From: Nemertoderma westbladi
Taxonomy: Eukaryota; Animalia; Xenacoelomorpha
Length of the DNA: 64,000 nt
Reading direction: 5' to 3'
NCBI GenBank assembly: GCA_032718475.1
Contig: JAUCBJ010008396.1
Location: 42,977 to 106,976 of the forward strand
The position numbers and the translations under genes were made by a program. The notes below the pieces were generated by a model, which worked only from the letters and a program-made list of their open reading frames with translations, was not told where the DNA came from and did not search any database. The first letter of the stretch is position 1; each line of letters opens with the position of its first letter. Of this stretch, positions 50,701-62,700 are shown piece after piece.

Positions 50701-53700
50701 GTGTTGTGTATAGTAAGTTTGTGTTGAGTATAGTAAGTTTGTGCATAGTAAGTTTGTATTATGTATAGTAAGTTTGTGTTGTGTATAGTAAGTTTGTGTT
50801 GTGTATAGTAAGTTTGTGTTGTGTATATTAAGTTTGTGTTGTGTATAGTAAGTTTGTGTTGTGTATAGTAAGTTTGTGTTGTTTATAGTACGTTTGTGTT
50901 GTGTATAGTAAGTTTGTGTTGTGTATAGTAAGTTTGTGTTGTGTATAGTACGTTTGTGTTGTGTATAGTAAGTTTGTGTTGTGTATAGTAAGTTTGTATT
51001 ATGTATAGTAAGTTTGTGTTGTGTATAGTAGGTTTGTGTTGTGTTTAGTAAGTTTGTGTTGTGTATAGTAAGTTTGTGTTCTGTATAGTAAGTTTGTGTT
51101 CTGTATAGTAAGTTTGTGTTGTGTATAGTAAGTTTGTGTTGTGTATAGTAAGTTTGTGTTCTGTATAGTAAGTTTGTGTTGTGTATAGTAAGTTTGTGTT
51201 GTGTATAGTAAGTTTGTGTTGGGTATAGTAAGTTTGTGTTGTGTATAGTAAGTTTGTGTTGTGTATAGTAAGTTTGTGTTCTGTATAGTAAGTTTGTGTT
51301 GTGTATAGTAAGTTTGTGTTGTGTATAGTAAGTTTGTGTTGTGTATAGTAAGTTTGTGTTGTGTATAGTAAGTTTTTGTTGTGTATAGTAAGTTTGTCTT
51401 GTGTATAGTAAGTTTGTATCGTGCATAATAAGTTTGTGTTGTGTATAGTAAGTTTGTGTTGTGTATAGTAAGTTTGTGTTATGTATAGTAAGTTTGTGTT
51501 CTGTATAGTAAGTTTGTGTTGTGTATAGTAAGTTTGTGTTGTGTATAGTAAGTTTGTGTTGTGTATAGTAAGTTTGTGTTGTGTATAGTAAGTTTGTGTT
51601 GTGTATAGTAAGTTTGTGTTGTGTATAGTAGGTTTGTGTTATGTATAGTAAGTTTGTGTTGTGTATAGTAAGTTTGTGTTGTGTAGAATAAGTTTGTGTT
51701 GTGTATAGTAAGTTTGTGTTTTGTATAGTAAGTTTGTGTTGTGTATAGTAAGTTTGTGTTGTGTATAGTAAGTTTGAGTTGTGTATAGTAAGTTTGTGTT
51801 GTGTATAGTAAGTTTGTGTTGTATATAGTAAGTTTGTGTTGTGTATAGTAAGTTTGTGTTGTGTATAGTTTTTGTATCGTGGATAGTAAGTTTGTATTAT
51901 GTATAGTAAGTTTGTGTTGTGTATAGTAAGTTTGTGTTGTGTATAGTAAGTCTGTGTTGATAGTAAGTTTGTGTTGAGTATAGTGAGTTTGTGTATAGTA
52001 AGTTTGTGCATAGTAAGTTTGTATTATGTATAGTAAGTTTGTGTTGTGTATAGTAAGTTTGTGTTGTGTATAATAAGTTTGTGTTGTGTATAGTAAGTTT
52101 GTATTATGTATAGTAAGTTTGTGTTGTGTATAGTAAGTTTGTGTTGTATTATTTATAGTAAGTTTGTGTTGTGTATAGTAAGTTTGTCTTGTGTATAGTA
52201 AGTTTGTATCGTGCATAGTAAGTTTGTGTTGTATTATGTATAGTAAGTTTCTGTTGTGTATAGTAAGTTTGTGTTGTGTATAGTAAGTTTGTGTTGTGTA
52301 TAGTAGTTTGTATTATGTATAGTAAGTTTGTGTTGTGTATAGTAAGTTTGTGTTGTGTATAGTACGTTTGTGTTGTGTATAGTAAGTTTGTATTATGTAT
52401 AGTAAGTTTGTGTTGTGTATAGTAAGTTTGTGTTGTATTATATATAGTAAGTTTGTGTTGTGTATAGTAAGTTTGTCTTGTGTATAGTAAGTTTGTATTA
52501 TGTATAGTAAGTTTGTGTTGTGTATAGTAAGTTTGTGTTCTGTATAGTAAGTTTGTGTTGTGTATAGTAAGTTTGTGTTGTGTATAGTAAGTTTGTGTTG
52601 TATTATATATAGTAAGTTTGTGTTGTGTATAGTACGTTTGTCTTGTGTATAGTAAGTTTGTATTATGTATAGTAAGTTTGTGTTGTGTATAGTAAGTTTG
52701 TGTTCTGTATAGTAAGTTTGTGTTGTGTATAGTAAGTTTGTGTTGTGTAGAGTAAGTTTTTGTTGTGTATAGTAAGTTTGTGTTGTGTATAGTAAGTTTG
52801 TGTTGTGTATAGTAAGTTTGTGTTGTGTATAGTAAGTTTGTGTTGTGTATAGTAAGTTTGTGTTGTGTATAGTAAGTTTGTGTTGTGTATAGTAAGTTTG
52901 TGTTGTGTATAGTAAGTTTGTGTTGTGTATAGTAAGTTTGTGTTGTGTATAGTAAGTTTGTGTTGTGTATAGTAAGTTTGTGTTGTGTATAGTAAGTTTG
53001 TGTTGTGTATAGTAGGTTTGTGTTATGTATAGTAAGTTTGTGTTGTGTATAGTAAGTTTGTGTTGTGTAGAATAAGTTTGTGTTGTGTATAGTAAGTTTG
53101 TGTTTTGTATAGTAAGTTTGTGTTGTGTATAGTAAGTTTGTGTTGTGTATAGTAAGTTTGAGTTGTGTATAGTAAGTTTGTGTTGTGTATAGTAAGTTTG
53201 TGTTGTATATAGTAAGTTTGTGTTGTGTATAGTAAGTTTGTGTTGTGTATAGTTTTTGTATCGTGGATAGTAAGTTTGTATTATGTATAGTAAGTTTGTG
53301 TTGTGTATAGTAAGTTTGTGTTGTGTATAGTAAGTCTGTGTTGATAGTAAGTTTGTGTTGAGTATAGTGAGTTTGTGTATAGTAAGTTTGTGCATAGTAA
53401 GTTTGTATTATGTATAGTAAGTTTGTGTTGTGTATAGTAAGTTTGTGTTGTGTATAATAAGTTTGTGTTGTGTATAGTAAGTTTGTATTATGTATAGTAA
53501 GTTTGTGTTGTGTATAGTAAGTTTGTGTTGTATTATTTATAGTAAGTTTGTGTTGTGTATAGTAAGTTTGTCTTGTGTATAGTAAGTTTGTATCGTGCAT
53601 AGTAAGTTTGTGTTGTATTATGTATAGTAAGTTTCTGTTGTGTATAGTAAGTTTGTGTTGTGTATAGTAAGTTTGTGTTGTGTATAGTAGTTTGTATTAT

Positions 53701-56700
53701 GTATAGTAAGTTTGTGTTGTGTATAGTAAGTTTGTGTTGTGTATAGTACGTTTGTGTTGTGTATAGTAAGTTTGTGTTCTGTATAGTAAGTTTGTGTTGT
53801 GTATAGTAAGTTTGTGTTGTGTAGAGTAAGTTTTTGTTGTGTATAGTAAGTTTGTGTTGTGTATAGTAAGTTTGTGTTGTGTATAGTAAGTTTGTGTTGT
53901 GTATAGTAAGTTTGTGTTGTGTATAGTAAGTTTGTGTTGTGTATAGTAAGTTTGTGTTGTGTATAGTAAGTTTGTGTTGTGTATAGTAAGTTTGTGTTGT
54001 GTATAGTAAGTTTGTGTTGTGTATAGTAAGTTTGTGTTGTGTATAGTAAGTTTGTGTTGTGTATAGTAAGTTTGTGTTGTGTATAGTAGGTTTGTGTTAT
54101 GTATAGTAAGTTTGTGATGTGTATAGTAAGTTTGTGTTGTGTAGAATAAGTTTGTGTTGTGTATAGTAAGTTTGTGTTTTGTATAGTAAGTTTGTGTTGT
54201 GTATAGTAAGTTTGTGTTGTGTATAGTAAGTTTGAGTTGTGTATAGTAAGTTTGTGTTGTGTATAGTAAGTTTGTGTTGTATATAGTAAGTTTGTGTTGT
54301 GTATAGTAAGTTTGTGTTGTGTATAGTTTTTGTATCGTGGATAGTAAGTTTGTATTATGTATAGTAAGTTTGTGTTGTGTATAGTAAGTTTGTGTTGTGT
54401 ATAGTAAGTCTGTGTTGATAGTAAGTTTGTGTTGAGTATAGTGAGTTTGTGTATAGTAAGTTTGTGCATAGTAAGTTTGTATTATGTATAGTAAGTTTGT
54501 GTTGTGTATAGTAAGTTTGTGTTGTGTATAATAAGTTTGTGTTGTGTATAGTAAGTTTGTATTATGTATAGTAAGTTTGTGTTGTGTATAGTAAGTTTGT
54601 GTTGTATTATTTATAGTAAGTTTGTGTTGTGTATAGTAAGTTTGTCTTGTGTATAGTAAGTTTGTATCGTGCATAGTAAGTTTGTGTTGTATTATGTATA
54701 GTAAGTTTCTGTTGTGTATAGTAAGTTTGTGTTGTGTATAGTAAGTTTGTGTTGTGTATAGTAGTTTGTATTATGTATAGTAAGTTTGTGTTGTGTATAG
54801 TAAGTTTGTGTTGTGTATAGTACGTTTGTGTTGTGTATAGTAAGTTTGTATTATGTATAGTAAGTTTGTGTTGTGTATAGTAAGTTTGTGTTGTATTATA
54901 TATAGTAAGTTTGTGTTGTGTATAGTAAGTTTGTCTTGTGTATAGTAAGTTTGTATTATGTATAGTAAGTTTGTGTTGTGTATAGTAAGTTTGTGTTCTG
55001 TATAGTAAGTTTGTGTTGTGTATAGTAAGTTTGTGTTGTGTATAGTAAGTTTGTGTTGTATTATATATAGTAAGTTTGTGTTGTGTATAGTACGTTTGTC
55101 TTGTGTATAGTAAGTTTGTATTATGTATAGTAAGTTTGTGTTGTGTATAGTAAGTTTGTGTTCTGTATAGTAAGTTTGTGTTGTGTATAGTAAGTTTGTG
55201 TTGTGTAGAGTAAGTTTTTGTTGTGTATAGTAAGTTTGTGTTGTGTATAGTAAGTTTGTGTTGTGTATAGTAAGTTTGTGTTGTGTATAGTAAGTTTGTG
55301 TTGTGTATAGTAAGTTTGTGTTGTGTATAGTAAGTTTGTGTTGTATATAGTAAGTTTGTGTTGTGTATAGTAAGTTTGTGTTGTGTATAGTAAGTTTGTA
55401 TCGTGGATAGTAAGTTTGTATTATGTATAGTAAGTTTGTGTTGTGTATAGTAAGTTTGTGTTGTGTATAGTAAGTTTGTGTTGATAGTAAGTTTGTCTTG
55501 TGTATAGTGAGTTTGTGTATAGTAAGTTTGTGCATAGTAAGTTTGTATTATGTATAGTAAGTTTGTGTTGTGTATAGTAATTTTGTGTTGTGTATAGTAA
55601 GTTTGTGTTGTGTATAGTAAGTTTGTATTATGTATAGTAAGTTTGTGTTGTGTATAGTAAGTTTGTGTTGTATTATATATAGTAAGTTTGTGTTGTGTAT
55701 AGTAAGTTTGTCTTGTGTATAGTAAGTTTGTATCGTTCATAGTAAGTTTGTGTTGTATTATGTATAGTAAGTTTCTGTTGTGTATAGTAAGTTTGTGTTG
55801 TGTATAGTAAGTTTGTATCGTGCATAGCAAGTTTGTGTTGTATTATGTATAGTAAGTTTCTGTTGTGTATAGTAAGTTTCTGTTGTGTATAGTAAGTTTG
55901 TGTTGTGTATAGTAAGTTTGTGTTGTGTATAGTAAGTTTCTGTTGTGTATAGAAAGTTTGTGTTGTGTATAGTAAGTTTGTGTTGTGTATAGTAAGTTTC
56001 TGTTGTGTATAGTAAGTTTGTGTTGTGTATAGTAAGTTTGTATCGTGCATAGTAAGTTTGTGTTGTATTATGTATAGTAAGTTTCTGTTGTGTATAGTAA
56101 GTTTGTGTTGTGTATAGTAAGTTTGTGTTGTGTATAGTAAGTTTGTATTATGTATATTAAGTTTGTGTTGTGTATAGTAAGTTTGTGTTGTATTATGTAT
56201 AGTAAGTTTGTGTTGTGTATAGTAAGTTTGTGTTGTGTATAGTAAGTTTGTGTTGTGTATAGTAAGTTTGTGTTGTGTATAGTAAGTTTGTGTTGTGTAT
56301 AGTAAGTTTGTGTTGTGTATAGTAAGTTTGTGTTGTGTATAGTAAGTTTGTGTTGTGTATAGTAAGTTTGTGTTGTGTATAGTAAGTTTGTGTTGTGTAT
56401 AGTAAGTTTGTGTTGTGTATAGTAAGTTTGTGTTGTGTATAGTAAGTTTGTGTTGTGTATAGTAGGTTTGTGTTATGTATAGTAAGTTTGTGTTGTGTAT
56501 AGTAAGTTTGTGTTGTGTAGAATAAGTTTGTGTTGTGTATAGTAAGTTTGTGTTTTGTATAGTAAGTTTGTGTTGTGTATAGTAAGTTTGTGTTGTGTAT
56601 AGTAAGTTTGAGTTGTGTATAGTAAGTTTGTGTTGTGTATAGTAAGTTTGTGTTGTATATAGTAAGTTTGTGTTGTGTATAGTAAGTTTGTGTTGTGTAT

Positions 56701-59700
56701 AGTTTTTGTATCGTGGATAGTAAGTTTGTATTATGTATAGTAAGTTTGTGTTGTGTATAGTAAGTTTGTGTTGTGTATAGTAAGTCTGTGTTGATAGTAA
56801 GTTTGTGTTGAGTATAGTGAGTTTGTGTATAGTAAGTTTGTGCATAGTAAGTTTGTATTATGTATAGTAAGTTTGTGTTGTGTATAGTAAGTTTGTGTTG
56901 TGTATAATAAGTTTGTGTTGTGTATAGTAAGTTTGTATTATGTATAGTAAGTTTGTGTTGTGTATAGTAAGTTTGTGTTGTATTATTTATAGTAAGTTTG
57001 TGTTGTGTATAGTAAGTTTGTCTTGTGTATAGTAAGTTTGTATCGTGCATAGTAAGTTTGTATCGTGCATAGTAAGTTTGTGTTGTATTATGTATAGTAA
57101 GTTTCTGTTGTGTATAGTAAGTTTGTGTTGTGTATAGTAGTTTGTATTATGTATAGTAAGTTTGTGTTGTGTATAGCAAGTTTGTGTTGTGTATAGTACG
57201 TTTGTGTTGTGTATAGTAAGTTTGTGTTCTGTATAGTAAGTTTGTGTTGTGTATAGTAAGTTTGTGTTGTGTAGAGTAAGTTTTTGTTGTGTATAGTAAG
57301 TTTGTGTTGTGTATAGTAAGTTTGTGTTGTGTATAGTAAGTTTGTGTTGTGTATAGTAAGTTTGTGTTGTGTATAGTAAGTTTGTGTTGTGTATAGTAAG
57401 TTTGTGTTGTGTATAGTAAGTTTGTGTTGTGTATAGTAAGTTTGTGTTGTGTATAGTAAGTTTGTGTTGTGTATAGTAAGTTTGTGTTGTGTATAGTAAG
57501 TTTGTGTTGTGTATAGTAAGTTTGTGTTGTGTATAGTAGGTTTGTGTTATGTATAGTAAGTTTGTGATGTGTATAGTAAGTTTGTGTTGTGTAGAATAAG
57601 TTTGTGTTGTGTATAGTAAGTTTGTGTTTTGTATAGTAAGTTTGTGTTGTGTATAGTAAGTTTGTGTTGTGTATAGTAAGTTTGAGTTGTGTATAGTAAG
57701 TTTGTGTTGTGTATAGTAAGTTTGTGTTGTATATAGTAAGTTTGTGTTGTGTATAGTAAGTTTGTGTTGTGTATAGTTTTTGTATCGTGGATAGTAAGTT
57801 TGTATTATGTATAGTAAGTTTGTGTTGTGTATAGTAAGTTTGTGTTGTGTATAGTAAGTCTGTGTTGATAGTAAGTTTGTGTTGAGTATAGTGAGTTTGT
57901 GTATAGTAAGTTTGTGCATAGTAAGTTTGTATTATGTATAGTAAGTTTGTGTTGTGTATAGTAAGTTTGTGTTGTGTATAATAAGTTTGTGTTGTGTATA
58001 GTAAGTTTGTATTATGTATAGTAAGTTTGTGTTGTGTATAGTAAGTTTGTGTTGTATTATTTATAGTAAGTTTGTGTTGTGTATAGTAAGTTTGTCTTGT
58101 GTATAGTAAGTTTGTATCGTGCATAGTAAGTTTGTGTTGTATTATGTATAGTAAGTTTCTGTTGTGTATAGTAAGTTTGTGTTGTGTATAGTAAGTTTGT
58201 GTTGTGTATAGTAGTTTGTATTATGTATAGTAAGTTTGTGTTGTGTATAGTAAGTTTGTGTTGTGTATAGTACGTTTGTGTTGTGTATAGTAAGTTTGTA
58301 TTATGTATAGTAAGTTTGTGTTGTGTATAGTAAGTTTGTGTTGTATTATATATAGTAAGTTTGTGTTGTGTATAGTAAGTTTGTCTTGTGTATAGTAAGT
58401 TTGTATTATGTATAGTAAGTTTGTGTTGTGTATAGTAAGTTTGTGTTCTGTATAGTAAGTTTGTGTTGTGTATAGTAAGTTTGTGTTGTGTATAGTAAGT
58501 TTGTGTTGTATTATATATAGTAAGTTTGTGTTGTGTATAGTACGTTTGTCTTGTGTATAGTAAGTTTGTATTATGTATAGTAAGTTTGTGTTGTGTATAG
58601 TAAGTTTGTGTTCTGTATAGTAAGTTTGTGTTGTGTATAGTAAGTTTGTGTTGTGTAGAGTAAGTTTTTGTTGTGTATAGTAAGTTTGTGTTGTGTATAG
58701 TAAGTTTGTGTTGTGTATAGTAAGTTTGTGTTGTGTATAGTAAGTTTGTGTTGTGTATAGTAAGTTTGTGTTGTGTATAGTAAGTTTGTGTTGTATATAG
58801 TAAGTTTGTGTTGTGTATAGTAAGTTTGTGTTGTGTATAGTAAGTTTGTATCGTGGATAGTAAGTTTGTATTATGTATAGTAAGTTTGTGTTGTGTATAG
58901 TAAGTTTGTGTTGTGTATAGTAAGTTTGTGTTGATAGTAAGTTTGTCTTGTGTATAGTGAGTTTGTGTATAGTAAGTTTGTGCATAGTAAGTTTGTATTA
59001 TGTATAGTAAGTTTGTGTTGTGTATAGTAATTTTGTGTTGTGTATAGTAAGTTTGTGTTGTGTATAGTAAGTTTGTATTATGTATAGTAAGTTTGTGTTG
59101 TGTATAGTAAGTTTGTGTTGTATTATATATAGTAAGTTTGTGTTGTGTATAGTAAGTTTGTCTTGTGTATAGTAAGTTTGTATCGTTCATAGTAAGTTTG
59201 TGTTGTATTATGTATAGTAAGTTTCTGTTGTGTATAGTAAGTTTGTGTTGTGTATAGTAAGTTTGTATCGTGCATAGTAAGTTTGTGTTGTATTATGTAT
59301 AGTAAGTTTCTGTTGTGTATAGTAAGTTTCTGTTGTGTATAGTAAGTTTGTGTTGTGTATAGTAAGTTTGTGTTGTGTATAGTAAGTTTCTGTTGTGTAT
59401 AGAAAGTTTGTGTTGTGTATAGTAAGTTTGTGTTGTGTATAGTAAGTTTCTGTTGTGTATAGTAAGTTTGTGTTGTGTATAGTAAGTTTGTATCGTGCAT
59501 AGTAAGTTTGTGTTGTATTATGTATAGTAAGTTTCTGTTGTGTATAGTAAGTTTGTGTTGTGTATAGTAAGTTTGTGTTGTGTATAGTAAGTTTGTATTA
59601 TGTATATTAAGTTTGTGTTGTGTATAGTAAGTTTGTGTTGTATTATGTATAGTAAGTTTGTGTTGTGTATAGTAAGTTTGTGTTGTGTATAGCAAGTTTG

Positions 59701-62700
59701 TGTTGTATTATGTATAGTAAGTTTGTGTTGTGTATAGTAAGTTTGTGTTGTGTATAGTAAGTTTGTGTTGTATTATGTAGTAAGTTTGTGTTGTGTATAG
59801 TAAGTTTGTGTTGTGTATAGTAAGTTTGTATTATGTATAGTAAGTTTGTGTTGTATTATGTATAGTAAGTTTGTGTTGTGTATAGTAAGTTTGTGTTGTA
59901 TTATGTATAGTAAGTTTGTGTTGTGTATAGTAAGTTTGTGTTGTGTATAGTAAGTTTTTGTTGTGTATAGTAAGTTTGTATTATGTATAGTAAGTTTGTG
60001 TTGTGTATAGTAAGTTTGTGTTGTGTATAGTAAGTTTGTGTTGTATTATGTATAGTAAGTTTGTGTTGTGTATAGTAAGTTTGTGTTGATAGTAAGTTTG
60101 TATTATGTATAGTAAGTTTGTGTTGTGTATAGTAAGTTTGTATTATGTATAGTAAGTTTGTGTTGTATTATGTATAGTAAGTTTGTGTTGTGTATAGTAA
60201 GTTTGTGTTGTATTATGTATAGTAAGTTTGTGTTGTGTATAGTAAGTTTGTGTTGTGTATAGTAAGTTTGTGTTGTGTATAGTAAGTTTGTATTATGTAT
60301 AGTAAGTTTGTGTTGTGTATAGTAAGTTTGTGTTGTGTATAGTAAGTTTGTGTTGTGTATAGTAAGTTTGTGTTGTGTATAGTAAGTTTGTGTTGATAGT
60401 AAGTTTGTCTTGTGTATAGTGAGTTTGTGTATAGTAAGTTTGTGCATAGTAAGTTTGTATTATGTATAGTAAGTTTGTGTTGTGTATAGTAATTTTGTGT
60501 TGTGTATAGTAAGTTTGTGTTGTGTATAGTAAGTTTGTCTTGTGTATAGTAAGTTTGTGTTGTATTATGTATAGTAAGTTTCTGTTGTGTATAGTAAGTT
60601 TGTGTTGTGTATAGTAAGTTTGTATCGTGCATAGTAAGTTTGTGTTGTATTATGTATAGTAAGTTTCTGTTGTGGATAGTAAGTTTGTATTATGTATAGT
60701 AAGTTTGTGTTGTGTATAGTAAGTTTGTGTTGTGTATAGTAAGTTTGTGTTGATAGTAAGTTTGTCTTGTGTATAGTGAGTTTGTGTATAGTAAGTTTGT
60801 GCATAGTAAGTTTGTATTATGTATAGTAAGTTTGTGTTGTGTATAGTAATTTTGTGTTGTGTATAGTAAGTTTGTGTTGTGTATAGTAAGTTTGTATTAT
60901 GTATAGTAAGTTTGTGTTGTGTATAGTAAGTTTGTGTTGTATTATATATAGTAAGTTTGTGTTGTGTATAGTAAGTTTGTCTTGTGTATAGTAAGTTTGT
61001 ATCGTTCATAGTAAGTTTGTGTTGTATTATGTATAGTAAGTTTCTGTTGTGTATAGTAAGTTTGTGTTGTGTATAGTAAGTTTGTATCGTGCATAGTAAG
61101 TTTGTGTTGTATTATGTATAGTAAGTTTCTGTTGTGTATAGTAAGTTTCTGTTGTGTATAGTAAGTTTGTGTTGTGTATAGTAAGTTTGTGTTGTATTAT
61201 GTAGTAAGTTTGTGTTGTGTATAGTAAGTTTGTGTTGTGTATAGTAAGTTTGTGTTGTGTAGAGTAAGTTTTTGTTGTGTATAGTAAGTTTGTGTTGTGT
61301 ATAGTAAGTTTGTGTTGTGTATAGTAAGTTTGTGTTGTGTATAGTAAGTTTGTGTTGTGTATAGTAAGTTTGTGTTGTGTATAGTAAGTTTGTGTTGTAT
61401 ATAGTAAGTTTGTGTTGTGTATAGTAAGTTTGTGTTGTGTATAGTAAGTTTGTATCGTGGATAGTAAGTTTGTATTATGTATAGTAAGTTTGTGTTGTGT
61501 ATAGTAAGTTTGTGTTGTGTATAGTAAGTTTGTGTTGATAGTAAGTTTGTCTTGTGTATAGTGAGTTTGTGTATAGTAAGTTTGTGCATAGTAAGTTTGT
61601 ATTATGTATAGTAAGTTTGTGTTGTGTATAGTAATTTTGTGTTGTGTATAGTAAGTTTGTGTTGTGTATAGTAAGTTTGTATTATGTATAGTAAGTTTGT
61701 GTTGTGTATAGTAAGTTTGTGTTGTATTATATATAGTAAGTTTGTGTTGTGTATAGTAAGTTTGTCTTGTGTATAGTAAGTTTGTATCGTTCATAGTAAG
61801 TTTGTGTTGTATTATGTATAGTAAGTTTCTGTTGTGTATAGTAAGTTTGTGTTGTGTATAGTAAGTTTGTATCGTGCATAGTAAGTTTGTGTTGTATTAT
61901 GTATAGTAAGTTTCTGTTGTGTATAGTAAGTTTCTGTTGTGTATAGTAAGTTTGTGTTGTGTATAGTAAGTTTGTGTTGTGTATAGTAAGTTTCTGTTGT
62001 GTATAGAAAGTTTGTGTTGTGTATAGTAAGTTTGTGTTGTGTATAGTAAGTTTCTGTTGTGTATAGTAAGTTTGTGTTGTGTATAGTAAGTTTGTATCGT
62101 GCATAGTAAGTTTGTGTTGTATTATGTATAGTAAGTTTCTGTTGTGTATAGTAAGTTTGTGTTGTGTATAGTAAGTTTGTGTTGTGTATAGTAAGTTTGT
62201 ATTATGTATATTAAGTTTGTGTTGTGTATAGTAAGTTTGTGTTGTATTATGTATAGTAAGTTTGTGTTGTGTATAGTAAGTTTGTGTTGTGTATAGCAAG
62301 TTTGTGTTGTATTATGTATAGTAAGTTTGTGTTGTGTATAGTAAGTTTGTGTTGTGTATAGTAAGTTTGTGTTGTATTATGTAGTAAGTTTGTGTTGTGT
62401 ATAGTAAGTTTGTGTTGTGTATAGTAAGTTTGTATTATGTATAGTAAGTTTGTGTTGTATTATGTATAGTAAGTTTGTGTTGTGTATAGTAAGTTTGTGT
62501 TGTATTATGTATAGTAAGTTTGTGTTGTGTATAGTAAGTTTGTGTTGTGTATAGTAAGTTTTTGTTGTGTATAGTAAGTTTGTATTATGTATAGTAAGTT
62601 TGTGTTGTGTATAGTAAGTTTGTGTTGTGTATAGTAAGTTTGTGTTGTATTATGTATAGTAAGTTTGTGTTGTGTATAGTAAGTTTGTGTTGATAGTAAG